64,000 nucleotides of DNA from Hypanus sabinus (lineage: Eukaryota): contig NC_082731.1 in assembly GCF_030144855.1 (NCBI RefSeq), positions 20,956,001 through 21,020,000 on the forward strand. Direction: 5' to 3'. The notes under the pieces were generated by a model. The model ran no database searches. It saw only the letters and a program-made list of their open reading frames with translations, and was not told where the DNA came from. The translations under genes and the position numbers were made by a program. Numbering within the stretch: the stretch's first letter is position 1; each line of letters opens with the position of its first letter. Below, piece by piece: positions 37,422 through 50,662 of the stretch.

Positions 37422-37460
37422 AGTTTTTGTTCGAGATAGTTGAGTTTTTTTAACACTGTG
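37422..37460 (-). other. V3 RSS (CACAGTG-23-ACAAAAACT)
   Basis: Heptamer 37454-37460, nonamer 37422-37430. Confidence 0.95.
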
Positions 37461-37943
37461 TGCTCATCGCGCAGAGGTACGTGGCTGAGTCAGAGATAAT
37501 GGCATTCTTAATCGAGAGTTCGGAATATTTTATACTGTCATCATAGGAAGCAGATAATCGGTCGGTTACATCTTCATTTCGGTTTACTATCTTTCCGATG
37601 ATCCGAATCAAATACTGCGGTTGCTGTCTGGGGAGCTGCCTGTACCAGAAAACTTTCGGGGATGCAGCATTATTTTTTAAAGTACAGTTTAGTACAATAT
37701 TCCTTCCTTCCTCGATTATCATTGCATCCAATGACTGTTCTCCGGTGTCTTGAAGGCTCCAGTCTAACAGTAAAATTAAAAAAAAAACAAAATTTCATAA
37801 GCTCTATTTCGAACAACATGTTTACATAAATAGAAAATAAAACGTGTTTACAGAGAATTAGGCAGGTCTGGAATATTACAGTGGAGGAACATCTTACCCA
37901 GAAGAAACACAACAATGAGGAACGGCGTGAGACAGGTCTTCAT
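37461..37943 (-). CDS. TCR alpha/delta-type V gene V3, intact (spliced 37898-37943 + 37461-37763)
   Basis: MKTCLTPFLIVVFLL-D-WSLQDTGEQSLDAMIIEEGRNIVLNCTLKNNAASPKVFWYRQLPRQQPQYLIRIIGKIVNRNEDVTDRLSASYDDSIKYSELSIKNAIISDSATYLCAMS; GT-AG 134-nt intron; RSS. Confidence 0.95.
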
Positions 37944-38578
37944 AATCACGCTGTTTGACACTGTACTTCTGGGACCACAGAGTGGAGACTCAGTGCCAGA
38001 GTGTAAATACACATGCACTTGAACAAAACGACCAATCACATCAGGCAACGCACTGTGCTGATTCTCTAAAGAAACTAAAGGTGAAGGCTTTCAGACGTAG
38101 TGCAGGAAATGAAATTTTGCGAAGCCGATCGTAGAAGTGCACAACAAAGGAGTCAAACACTTTGCGAGCTGACATAAACGCCGCAGCGCCACGCATAGTT
38201 GAAGGAATGCGGGGCAGCCGGCATTTCTTGTGAAGAACTCTGTCAATAAATTCCGCTTGCTCATCAAGGCAGAGTAAATGGGAGTGTAACGAACTGGAAG
38301 AACAGCAAAAGATGCCGTAACTGTCTTTACTCATCGGTGATGCGGATTTCTGGCAGAATTTAGAGACGGCAGAATTGATCTGAAAAGCAAAAATTAGCAC
38401 GCTGCGCAGTGCACGATACTTCGACGTGTGCACATGCAAACGATGAAAGTAGCTTTTCTCTGAATAACTTATCAATTAATTAGGTGTATGGAAGTAGTTA
38501 TTATGTGTGTGTAGGCTGTTGTGACGTGCAGGAAGCACTGAGTTCATGTTGCATCACCAGGAACAAAGAAAGTATATT

Positions 38579-38594
38579 TCACCAGATGGCAACA
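38579..38594 (+). promoter_or_regulatory. Upstream CTCF-like motif of V3
   Basis: TCACCAGATGGCAACA, 636 bp upstream of the ATG. Confidence 0.55.
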
Positions 38595-38883
38595 AAGTTT
38601 AAGTAATTCCCTCAATTGGACGGTTCATTCTTCGACTTTCGCAGAATGTACCTCACCAGCTTTGTGTTCCCAAATTTTCCATCTTTTATGATTGTCAAGT
38701 GAAATGAAAATAATCAATTTACGTCATTAACTGCAGACAAACAAATGTCCCGCTTTTGATGCAGCGCTTTTCTTTCGTAAACTTGGACAGAAAACTCTCG
38801 ATGATCAAGCTGATCAATATAACGGAACGATGCATATACGTAAATAGTAATGTCAGGATATGGAACAATGCCTCCTTTCCAGA

Positions 38884-40452
38884 ATACATAGAACATAGAA
38901 CATAGATCAGTACGGCACATTACAGGCCTTTCGGCCCACAATGTTGTGACGATCCTCAAACCCTGCCTCCCATGTAAACCCCCTTAAATTCCTCCATATA
39001 CCTGTCTAGTAGGCTCTTAAACTTCACTAGTGTATCTGCCTCCATCGCTGACTCAGGCAGTGTATTCCGCGCACCAACCACTCTCTGAGTGAAAAGCGTT
39101 CCTCTAATATCAGCCTTAAAATTCTCTCCCCTTTCCTTTAAGCCATGTCCTCTTGTACTGCTCAGTGGTGTCCTGCGGAAGAGGTGCTTGCTGTCCACTC
39201 CGTCTATTCCTCTTAATATCTTGCACACCTCTATCATGTCTCCGCTCATCCTTCTTCTCTCCAAAGAGTAAAGCCCTAGTTACATTAATCTCGGATCATA
39301 ATCCATACTTTCTAAACCATGCAGCATTCTGGTAAATCTCATCTGTACCCTTTCCAATGGTTCCACGTCCTTTCTATAGTGAGGCGACCAGAACTGGACA
39401 CAGTACTCCAAGTGTGGCCTAACCAGAGATTTAAAGAGCTGCATCATGACATCGAGTCACTTAAACTCTATCACTCGATTGATGAAAGCTAACACCTCAA
39501 AAACTTTCTTAACTAACCTATCTACCTATGAGGCAACTTTCAGGGACCCGTGGACATGTACAACTGGTCCCACTGCTCCTGCACACTACCAGGTATCCTG
39601 CCATTTACTTTGTACTCTGCCTTGGAGTTTGTCCTTCCAAAGTGTAACACCTGACATTTATCCGGGTTGAACTTCAGCTGCCAAGTCTCAGCCCGCTTCT
39701 GCATCCTATCAATGTCTCTCTGCAATCTTCGACAATCCTCTACACTATCTACAACACCACCAACCTTTGTGTCGTCTGCAAACTTGCCAACCCAGCTTTG
39801 TACCCCCACATCCAAATCGTGAATAAAAATCACAAGAAGTAGACGTCACAGAACAGATCCTTGTGGGACACCACTAATCACAACTTTCCAATTTGAATGT
39901 ACTCCTTGCAACACGACACTCTGCCTTCTGCAGGCAAGCCAATTCTGAATCCACCTGGCCATATTCCCCTGGATCCCATTCCTTCTGACCTTCTGAATAA
40001 GCCTACTGTGTGGAACCTTGTCAAATGCCTTACTAAAATCCATGTAGATCACATCCGCTGCACTACCCTCATCTATATGCCTGGTCACCCTCTCAAATAA
40101 CTTCATCAGGATTGTTAGGCACGATCTGCCCTCCATAAAGCCATGCTGACTGTCCCTGATGAGACCATGATTATTTAAATGCCCATAGATCCTATCTCTA
40201 AGAATCTTTTCCAACAGCTTTCCCACCACAGACGTAAGACACACTGGTCTATAATTACCTGAACTATCCCTACTACTTTTTTTGAAAAAGGGGACAACAT
40301 TCGCCTCCCTCCAATCGTGCGGCACCATTCCCGTGGATAACGAGGTCATAAAGATCCTCGCCAGAGGTTCAGCAATTTCTTCCCTTGGCTCGTGGAGCAG
40401 CTTGGGGAATATTCCGTCAGGCCCCGGGGACTTATCCGTCCGCATGTATTTT
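38884..40452 (-). mobile_element. 5'-truncated CR1 LINE (RT domain + 3' end)
   Basis: KSPGPDG, NYRPVCLTSVVGK, QHGF, IYMDFSKAFDKVPH, SGVPQGSVL, KFADDTKVGG; (TTCTATG)n tail at ~38887-38905; empty site in A (~9520-9540) and B (~29005-29025). Confidence 0.93.
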
Positions 40453-42399
40453 GACATATTGAGATTAATGTCGAGATTAATCAACAAATGTGTCGCCTAA
40501 TTGGAATGAATTTCTCTCGCACCAATTTTCTGTTAGAGAATCAGAAATAATCAAATAAAACCAGATCGACGTTTTTATTGCGATTTTTCAGCAGGATATG
40601 ATGTAGTACCAACCGAGACGACGTTTTCCGAATGTTTTCATTAATGACTCACAAGTCGCAGAGATCAAAAAGCAAGTCTCGCCTTTCAGGACACTGGAAT
40701 GCGATAACTTTGTATCGGATTGCTGGGTGTGTCGCTCATTATCGGCAATAGATAAGAGATTTTTAATTATCATAAATCCTCGAGGTATCGGAAGTAAACA
40801 AATTACCCATTAAGAGAGTAATAGTGGAAAAATGCAAATTAATTCTACTGAACCCAATCCTTGATCGTATGCCCATCAGGTAACACGTAAACAGATGATG
40901 TGTTCAAATTGTGACGTTCTCGAAAGCATGGACTTGGAAAGTGCATTCCGCCTCGCTTCGTGTTACCGTATTTCTTATTCAAAAACTTTTTACTTTAATT
41001 TGAAAGAAATTTTTGAACGTCGGCCGATATCATACAGCGCATACTATTTGAGAAATTAACGGTCTTTCAAGTGACGTGGTCAATCTGTCCTTGTAAAGCG
41101 ACAAAAGGTATGTTGAGCAGGAGGTTCTTGATGATCAATTTTACAAATTCTATGTGCTTGACTCTTTGCACATATTCAGATTGGATGGCGTACATGGGCA
41201 CTGCAAGGCTTTGCTCAAAACAACACGTTTAAAGTTACTGGTGCAGTAAACTTTAATGTAAACGTATAGCAAAGACATCATGCCGCGTCCTGTATTTCAC
41301 AAATGAAAGACAATTTGAAACAAACATCCACATGATCACACAGCATCTGTGCAGTGCCAAGAAGAGTTCATGCTATCCTTCATATTCTTGACATTCTGTT
41401 CCAGTATGCTACGAACCAGTGTAATATGCAGAGCGAGTGACCACAGTGCAAAAGTGACCCGAGTATTAATAATTATTGTTAGGGAACCCTTCAGCATGAA
41501 CAGAAGATTATCTAATATTCGAAATTTAATCTAATATAATTAGACTTTGTGAGAATATTTTGACATCAATATTTGTTGCTTTCGCTCCTACAATGACGCC
41601 TATGGACAATGTTGGCGCAACTTTCATACACAAGTTTCATACGTCGTCTCTGGCAGAGAATTAATTCAGGCAGTTCTCGAAAATGAAAAATATAGAATTT
41701 ATACAATAAGTACCTATGTGCCTCGTGATTGCTTCATTTTCTGCTTTCACGTAGTACTCTATCGCAAAAAAGTTACATAACATGCTTGATATGTGGGTAA
41801 ATTTAAAGAGTTATTAATAGTTCATCTATTACTAGCTATGACAAGAAACAAGCGGGGGAAAAAAAAGTTCATATGAGGAATTGACAGCGGCCCAAATGAA
41901 ATAATGTCTCATAGTGAATTCAGCTCAAACAAGACGTGAATAAATTTCCTCAATTTAGATTGAATTATGTAATTTTCATCTATGTGCTCCAAACTTTCAT
42001 TTCTTCCTCTGCTTTTTTTTAATAACAATATCTAATAATCAGCTGGAAAATGTCTTCAATTTGAATCTGAGTTAACTGTTAAGGCAACCATAAGGCTTTG
42101 ATCCACTAAGTAGAACTTGCTCCATTTTCTCTAGACGTCGAAAAAGGAGCGTTGTTTGAATTATAAACAGTGGCCTGTGGCGAACCAGTTCCTGGCACAT
42201 CCGAACCGGGCTCACAATTAGCCAGCGTTCAGCCTACGGGGGTTTGCGAGCACAGAGCTTTGGAGCCTCTGCGCCACGGGGGGCAGGTTGAGGGAGGTTT
42301 ATAAGCAAGGCTGGGTATTTTGAATAAAGTTTTTTCTTCGACTGTAGTTACCGACTCCGTGTCGTAATTTTAGCGCTGCGTGTAGCACACCGCTACAAT

Positions 42400-42411
42400 T
42401 GGTGACCCCGA
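42400..42411 (+). other. Primer-binding site complementary to tRNA-Trp
   Basis: TGGTGACCCCGA, the reverse complement of the vertebrate tRNA-Trp 3' end (...TCGGGGTCACCA), 2 nt after the 5' LTR. Confidence 0.8.
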
Positions 42412-42437
42412 AGGTCCAAACGATTTTTGGACCAGAA

Positions 42438-45400
42438 ATGACCGACGCCGCCTCTGTTCATGCGGTTTCGTTGAATCTGCCGGGTTTCTGGACACAGCGA
42501 CCGAACCTATGGTTCCAGCAAGCTGAAGCCCAATTCCACGTTCGGCAGATCACCTCAGAAGCCACCCGCTACTACTACGTGGTGAGCTCCCTCGACCAGG
42601 ACACAGCAGCGCAGGTCGCGGAGTTCGTACAGTCGCCCCCGGCAGACGGCAAGTACACGGAATTCAAAGCCCTGCTCCTCAGGACTTTCGGACTCTCACG
42701 GCGCGAGCGGGCTGCCCGTTTACTGCACCTGGATGGCTTGGGAGACCGACCTCCATCGGCTTTAATGCATGAGATGTTGTCTATGGTCGACGGACACACA
42801 CCCTGCCTCATGGTTGAGCAGGCATTCCTGGAGCAGCTGCCCGAGGACATACGCCTGCTGCTGTCCGACGCGGATTTCAGTGCCAACCGGAAGGTGGAAG
42901 CCCGGGCGGACTTCCAGTGGAACGCCAAAAAGGTGAGCGGGGCGTCATCGCACAGATCACCAAGCCACGCTCCCAGCAGCAAACCAGTCAAGGCCCGGCC
43001 GCAGAGCCCGCCAACCCAAGGGGCAGAGGTGGGGGGCCCAACGAACACTGGTGCTTTTACCACCAACGGTGGGGCGCAGAAGCCCGCCGTTGTCGCCCAC
43101 CCTGCAAGTTCCCGGGAAACGCCAGCGCCAGCCGCCGCTGAAGGCTACGGCGGCTGGATATCGGGATAGCCTCCTGTATGTGTGGGACGGAAGATCGGGA
43201 CGCCGTTTTTTGGTGCCAAGATCAGCGTTTTGCCTCCGACGAGTTACGACACCAGTAGCAGGGCACCTGGTCCCCACCGAGGGCCGTGAACGGCAGCACA
43301 GTAAGGATCTATGGCACCCGTCAGGTGCAGCTACAGTTCGGCTCCAGCCAGTTTACGTGGGACTTCACACTGGCCGCCGTAGCCCTACCGCTTCTGGGTG
43401 CGGATTTTTTGCCGGGTCACAGCCTACTGGTAGACCTGCCCAGAAAGAGACTGGTACACACCGAGACCTTTCAGACGTTCTCCCTGGGTGCAGCCCAGTT
43501 GCCAGCCCCTCACCTCGGCTCCATCACGCTGTCCCGCAATGACTTCACCAGGGTCCAGGCGGATTTCCCATCGGTTCTGGCACCGCAGTTCACAGCGGCC
43601 ATGCCCCGACACGGCGCACAGCACCACATCCCGACCCAGGGACCACCACTCCACGCCCGCGAACGGCGGCTTCCCCCGGACAAGCTCCGACTGGCGAAGG
43701 AGTAGTTCAAGAGGATGGAGGAATTGGGGATCATCCGGCGGTCCGAAAGCCCATGGGCCTCCCCCCTGCACATGGTGCCCAAAGCGACCGGAGGCTTGAG
43801 ACCGTGCGGCGACTACCGCAGGCTGAACGAGGCTACCACACCGGACCGCTACCCTGTGCCGCACATTCAGGACTTTGCAGCAAACCTGCACGACGCCCGG
43901 ATCTTCTCCAATGTAGACCTCCTCCGAGGGTACCATCAAATCCCGATGCATCCTGATGACATCCCCAAACGGCTCACATCACCCCGTTTGGCCTTTTCGA
44001 GTTCCTCCGCATGCCGTTCGGCCTGAAGAATGCCGCACAGACGTTCCAGCGGTTAATGGACGCAGTGGGACGGGACGTGGACCTCGTGTTCATCCATTTG
44101 GACGACATCCTCATAGCCAGCAGCAGTCGTCAGGAGCCTCTGTCCCACCTCCGTCAACTCTGCGCCCGGCTGAGTGAGTACGCTCTAACAATCAAACCCG
44201 CCAAATGCCAGTTCGGATTCGATACCATTGACTTCCTCGGCCACAGGATTACTAAAGACGGGGCAGCCCCTCTGCCCGCTAAGGTAGATGCGGTCCGCCA
44301 CTTCCCCCGACCCAGGAATTCGTAGGTATGGTCAATTTCTACCACCGTTTCCTCCCTTCAGCTGCCCGGATCATGCGCCCCCTGTTCGCTCTGCTGTCCG
44401 GTCCGGGCAAGGACATTACCTGGGACGAGGAGTCCGCCGCCGCTTTCGTTCAAACGAAGGAAGCTTTGGCGAACGCCGCGATGCTAGTACATCCCAGAAC
44501 GGACGCCCCTACCGCCCTCACAGTGGACGCATCTAACACGGCAGTCGGTGGGGTGCTGGAGCAACTCATCACAGGTCGCTGGCAACCCCTGGCGTTTTTC
44601 AGCAAACACCTGCGTCCACCCGAGCTCAAGTACAGTGCTTTCGACCGGGAACTGTTGGCGCACTACCTGGCAATCCGGCATTTCAGGTACTTCTTAGAAG
44701 GTAGGCCCTTTACCGCGTTCACGGACCACAAACCGCTTACCTTTGCGTTTACGAAAGCGTCCGAACCCTGGTCGTCCGGCCAGCAACGCCACCTGTCCTA
44801 CATCTCTGAATATACGACGGATGTCCGGCACGTCTCGGGTAAGGACAATGTCGTGGCGGATGCGCTGTCTCGCCCTGCCGTTCATGCCCTTTCCCAAGGA
44901 GTAGACTTTGAGGCACTGGCAGAGGCACAGCAGGCAGATGAGGAGATTCCGAGTTACAGAACCGCAGTCTCCGGTTTGCAACTCCAGGACCTCCCCATAG
45001 GCCCAGGTGAGAGGACCCTACTCTGTGACGTCGCCAACGGCCAGCCCCGTCCCGTCGTCCCGGCACCTTAGCGGCGAAACGTTTTCGACTCCATTCATAA
45101 CTTGGCGCATCCCTCCATCCGGACAACTGTCCGGATGGTTTCCAGCAGGTTCGTTTGGCACGGACTACGCAAGCAAGTCAGTGAATGGGCCAAAACGTGT
45201 ACACACTGCCAGAAGGCCAAGGTGCAGCGGCACACCAAAGCCCCACCGCAGCAGTTCTACCCCGCCCACCGGCGTTTCGACGACATTCATGTGGATATCG
45301 TGGGCCCCCTGCCAGTGTCGCGAGGAGTGCGGCACCTCCTGACTATCGTGAACCGGTTCACAAGATGGCCGGAGGCGATCCCGCTCACCGACACCACCTC

Positions 45401-46155
45401 CGAATCTTGCGCCCGGGCACTGATCGCCACCTGGATATCTCGCTTTGGTGTGCTGGCCCACATTACCTCCGACAGAGGCGCCCAGTTCACCTCCAGCCTG
45501 TGGCCAGCTATGGCCAGGCTTTTGGGGACAGCTGCACCACACCACTGCTTACCACCCACAGTCGAACGGGCTAGTGGAGCGATTCCACCGTCACCTGAAG
45601 TCGGCTGTCATGGCCCACCTGCGAGGAGCTAACTGGGTGGACGAGCTTCCCTGGGTCCTACTCGGCATCCGCACGGCGCCCAAAGATCTGCACGCCTCGT
45701 CGGCCGGGTTTGTGAACCCTGGTCGTCCCCGGGGAGTTCATACCAGCCTCAAGGGAGCAAGAGGAAGAACCCGTAGCAATCCTGGGCAGACTACGCGAGA
45801 CGCTCTGGAACCTGGCCCCCATACCCACTTCGCAGCATGGGCAGAACCCGACCTGTGTACCCAACGACCTACAGAACTGTAAGTTTGCGTTTGTACGAAG
45901 CGGGCGGGCATCGGCCACCGCTACAGCGGCCGCTACACCGGCCGTTTACGGTGCTCGGATCAACGGGTCCACGTTCGTGCTGGACGTTGGGGGGAGAGAG
46001 GTTTTCACGGTGGACCGACTCAAACCGGACCATGTGGACCTGGCGCAACCGGTCGAGTTTCCGGCACCGCGGCGCAGAGGCCGACCTCCCAAACAGGTTC
46101 CGGCCCAGACTGTGGACATTGGGGGGTGTATCGCCGGTTCTTGGGGGGGGGGTTA
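42438..46155 (+). pseudogene. Gypsy gag-pol (gag, protease, RT, RNase H, integrase), frameshifted
   Basis: LPGFWTQRPNLWFQQAEAQF (gag), CFYHQRWGAEARRCRPPC knuckle, protease missing its DTG (~43212), PWASPLHMVPK / CGDYRRLN / HLDDILIAS (RT), LTVDASNTAVGGVLEQ (RNase H), HPSI...CTHCQ, HVDIVGPLP, SDRGAQF, YHPQSNGLVERFHR (integrase); stops at ~43703 and ~45069. Confidence 0.93.
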
Positions 46156-47781
46156 TGTGCCGACCCATTTCCTGGCACATCCGAACCGGCTCACAACTAG
46201 CCAGCGTTCCGGCTAAGTGAGATAGCCTACGGGAGTTTGCGAGCTCAGAGTTTTGCAGCCTCTGCGCCACGGGGGGCAGGTTGAGGGAGGCCTAAAAGCA
46301 AGGCTGGGTATTTCGAATAAAGTTTTTCCTTTGACTGTAGTTACCGACAGTGTCGTAATTTTGGCGCTGCATGTAGCACACCACTACAGGCCACCATTTT
46401 AAGATTTTACACTCAAAGCCTACCTCATCGCTTCAATACATAGTACATAAATACACAATTATCGGATAATTAATAAATAAGCAACACTTACTGAATAAGT
46501 AACATAAATAGATAAATATATAAACACATAAACGAATGATAGACAAATGAATAAATAAATACAATTATTTCTATATGCAAATAAATTATGGCACAAACAA
46601 ACAAATAGATAGTTCTGGAGATAAAGAGTAAAGGATAAATATCCAATGGGATGAATAAGTAATGGCGTTAAAATGATTTAGCTGATACAGCGTCTCGTGA
46701 TGACACTGCAAACATGGGTCACATATCCTGGGAGAGTGTGATTATTCATGAACGTTCCAAAACGACTGTTAACTCGACAGTTACTCTCACTTCCAGTCAG
46801 ACAATCTTTGCTTTTCAAATGCTTGTACCTTCTGGGACATCACATTCCTTCCGAGTAATATTGTGGATACTGGATAGGGTATGTTGTGCTCCATTACAGA
46901 AATGTTCAAAATATTCTGTCGGAACATATGTTCTCATTGCATCTCTCTGTTCATGTTATGAAATTGATGCTCAACATTTAAGACGAGCAGAAATATAGAA
47001 TGTAAATTAAAAAAATTAGAATTTGTAATAAAAAAGCCCGCGCAAACTCAGCCGTTTTCTGCGGTTAACGAATTTACGGCGCCTGAGTTGGAGTGTTGCT
47101 ATGTGCAAAGCAAGAATCGCACAACTACGGTGCAATACCTTTCTGCTTCTGAAAACTCTTACACTCCTGTACCTTCACTGCGAACACTGGGTAGAAATTA
47201 ATTTGAATACGTCAAAATAAATGATATATAATCGGATATGTTGTTTCGATGCAGTAATGAAGGAGCTCCCGGGATGAATTGTAATCAGTTTGGTGGGTTC
47301 TGCAAAATACAAATAGTGTGGGAGTTTAATTAAATTTATCTGTCATCATTTACAGTTTAATTTATTGCTTAAGAACAGAAATTCATCCCGACTTCAAACC
47401 TAATACTTGATTTGTAGAGCATGCCGATTCTTATTTATGTACTTACTTTAATTAGTTTGATTACTTATTTATTTCATGAGATACAGTGAGGAATTTGCCA
47501 TTTTTGCACTTCGAGGTAGGCAGCCCGGCAATCACCAGATAAAATCCGAGCCTAATCACGTTATAGTTTAAAATAACCAGTCAGCCTAGCAAAGACGACC
47601 AAACCTTGGGCAGTTGGAGGAACAAATTGAAAACGACATAAATCCCAGGTTGTCCGGGGAGAAAATGCAATCCCTTTGCAAGCATTGGTGCGGATTGAAT
47701 ACGTGTTATAAGTACAGTCGAACGTTGTACTAAACGGTATGCTTCTGTGCGGTTGCTTGACCTCTCACTCTTTTTATGAAA

Positions 47782-48707
47782 TGTTACATAACCTGTTGGT
47801 ATCTTCTGACTGTCTTATAACCATGATGTAATTGAGTATCTGGTGGGCGTGATGTAGTGGTCTTGTGATGGTGGGGTGATGTAATTTTCCGTCAGTGTGA
47901 GGTCACATGATGTAATTTTCCCAGCAGTGAAAGGTCAGGTGATGGCCTGTTCCAGGTATGAAATGGGAAAGCCTTGCTGTGACGTAGGAATTTTTGCTTG
48001 GGACGTCGTTTTTTTTTTACTCCATTTTCGTGCGTATTCGTCTCCTGACGCAGTTTTGTTTTGAAGTGGAGTTTTACTTTCTATCTTAAGTCTCAAAGTT
48101 TATTGCCGGCAGTTTCGCTAAAACGCTGCCAGTTTTAATCCAGTCGGAGAGTAAAGAATTTACCGAAGTACGGAAAACCAGAAGGATCGAGAAAATTTGG
48201 TGTCGTCGGCGGTTTACTACAGGGTCGACCTTATTGAATCCTCGTTCAAGGAATGAGTAACCTGCATCCGAGATAACCCTTTCCTTGTGTAAGGGCAGAA
48301 GTGATTGGCGCAGCGTTATTCGTCAAGTAAAAATGTCGGTTCTTTAAGCCGTTTTTATTTACTCCGTCGTAAATCTTTCGGGCAAGACATATTTCGGTGG
48401 GATTTACAGTAACGTCACGTCGACGAGGAATTTGTTATTTCATGAAATTCTCTCCTAATTGACTGTGTAAATCTTCAGGACTTTTGCATTTACCAATTTT
48501 CAGAACTGTGTTAGCAGTTATCGCTTTAAGAACTGTGTATCCATTTATCGCTTTAAGAACTCTTTGATTTGCCGTATATCCGTTAACTTCCGGTTAAGTT
48601 GGTCGTTTGTTTATTTTACATTTGTTGTTGAGCTAAGATTATGTAACTGTTTCTTTGTTTATAAAAACCTGTCTCAATTCGATATTTCTTGTTGCCGTAA
48701 CATAACC
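47782..48707 (+). mobile_element. Solo LTR, unit C paralogue
   Basis: tgttaca...gtaacataacc with GAAA flanks at 47778-47781 and 48708-48711. Confidence 0.75.
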
Positions 48708-50489
48708 GAAATTATTGGCAACTGAAATCTTTCTCAAATGTTTTGCAGTTACTCCTCATCAATCTCTCACCAAATATTTTGGAAGTTTTGGCCGATGTCC
48801 TGTCCGTCGCCATTACAGTAACTGTTACCAGCTTCTAGATATTTCTCCTACTGTAAGATTTCTCTTGGCGGAAACGGACTACAGCTTGGTCGTCACTGGG
48901 TTTCGAAACCATACTGAGCTAACGATCGACGACGCAATTGAACTGTTCATTGTCATTTGACGCCGGCGCCGGAAATCTCTTTACTGTACCATGCGAATCT
49001 GTTATTACAACCTTTTCGTGGCGGGCTGCTAGAAATTCTTACCTCTTTCTGTTGCTTAGGTGATAATTGCGTATAGACCTCAAACCTTACATTTCAGCTT
49101 CAGATCAAACAGTTATAGAACAACTGAATTAAGCTTTAGACCACATTGCAGTTACACAAGTGTGTAATCTCTTAATGCTGAATATTCTGGCGGATGGTTT
49201 CACGGAATATTACCCCAAAGTAAGGAGCAGAATATAATCATTTCCTGGTGGCTTTGTGGCGCCGTTTCTTCTGTTGCAGTTGACGATACAGAGATTTCTT
49301 TTATTAAACGTGGAATTGACAAGTAGCTTATTCAATGAATGTCGTTCAAGTTGTATTTCAACACTAGCAAACTTCTGCCTGAACCACCCAGTTTCTGCAC
49401 CAGCCCTTGTACACAGTATTGGCCGTTAACTAACTTGTGTAGTAATTAGGACACCTCATTTATGTTATCTGCTCATCTTGTGTAAAATGAAACAAATACA
49501 ATTTCAAGTTAGGTAGATTGAAGACAACGGGGCAAGAAGTTCTGTAAGTTTTAGAAAATAAGCAGAAATAGCTTCTGTTGGTTCCGGTTTTTTTCTGTTC
49601 CCAGGTCAATTAGACATAACAGTCTTCATTTGAAACTCAGTCATTGTGTACTGAGAAACATTCGTCTGAATAAATTATTCAGTCATCTTTTAGTGCCGCT
49701 GCATTTCAAATTAGCCAATGAAATAAGCAGAAAACTGAAGCTCATTTTTGAATCCGAAGAAGCATTTCGAATTCAGCCAGTCGTTGAAAGTGAGTTCGAT
49801 CATTTAAGAATATCCAAACCAACTCTGAGGAAGTGACCAGCTCAAGTCTGCAGATTGCATCTCCTTTCCACCCGCTTGTCAACGTAAATCAAAATTACTT
49901 TTGATATTTTTGTTTGACTAATCAGTGAGCAGAACTAAGAGACTTATACTATAAACAAGGAGACATTTCACAGAAATGTAGAGAATGATTCCTTTAAGTG
50001 TCGTATTATCATATCGAGCCATCCCATCTATCGGATTCTCTAATCTTAAAGCCCTGGCTATAATCAGGGGTATAGTGGCTTCGAAACGCGAAGCCTTCTG
50101 TTGACATTGTACATATTTTTTTTTCTCCCGGTTTCTGTCCTCACGTACTGCATCTTATTACACTAGACAACATGGATAAAATTTATAATTTTCCATATAG
50201 CTACATCAACGTGATTACAACAATTTCATTTTGAAGGACTTTGCATTTGAATCAGTAGCTAAGTTGTTAAGTTTGCCATGTCCGTTGGGCACCATGTCTC
50301 CTTGTATTGAGTAGCTATTTATCCGTCTAAAATAGAGGCGGTAACCAGCCAGCGAGGACCCCATATTTTGAACTCCCTACCTTCGTTCCTAGGATTCTTC
50401 GTGTAATATTGGATGTTCGTGAAGAACTACTGTAAACTGAGTCACTCTATAAATCCCGTTACCCTCCCTCAGAGACAAAACTGAGGATG

Positions 50490-50662
50490 GAGGAATTTCT
50501 GCACTGTTACGAAGTCCAGCTGGAGGCGCTGGTGAGCAGGAAAGGGCTGGGGAAGTTCTTGATGCAGATAGCTGGTAGCGAACAGAGGCAGATGAAGAAG
50601 GTAATGCTGACAATATTTAGGCACAGTAGCAGCGCGTATCAGTTCTACAGAGAGGCGTTGCG
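50490..50662 (+). pseudogene. NAA40: NAA40 pseudogene fragment, copy C
   Basis: [27 protein letters not shown]..(5-bp + 1-bp deletions)..[26 protein letters not shown], then GTAAGT at 50663-50668. Confidence 0.88.

Larger units (their letters stand above)
42176..46388 (+). mobile_element. Ty3/Gypsy LTR retrotransposon, two LTRs, decayed
   Basis: 5' LTR 42176-42397, 3' LTR 46156-46388 (TG...CA); GGCC TSD at 42172-42175 and 46389-46392; PPT G-run 46143-46152; empty site at ~30645-30660. Confidence 0.95.

Noticed and set aside
11932-40452. LINE orientation bias with V transcription (both L1s and the large CR1 are minus)
   Set aside because: Too few events; Rex, Penelope and one CR1 tail are plus.
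42575-46270. Many overlapping antisense and alternative-frame ORFs inside the Gypsy
   Set aside because: Shadow ORFs of a GC-rich, frameshifted gag-pol.
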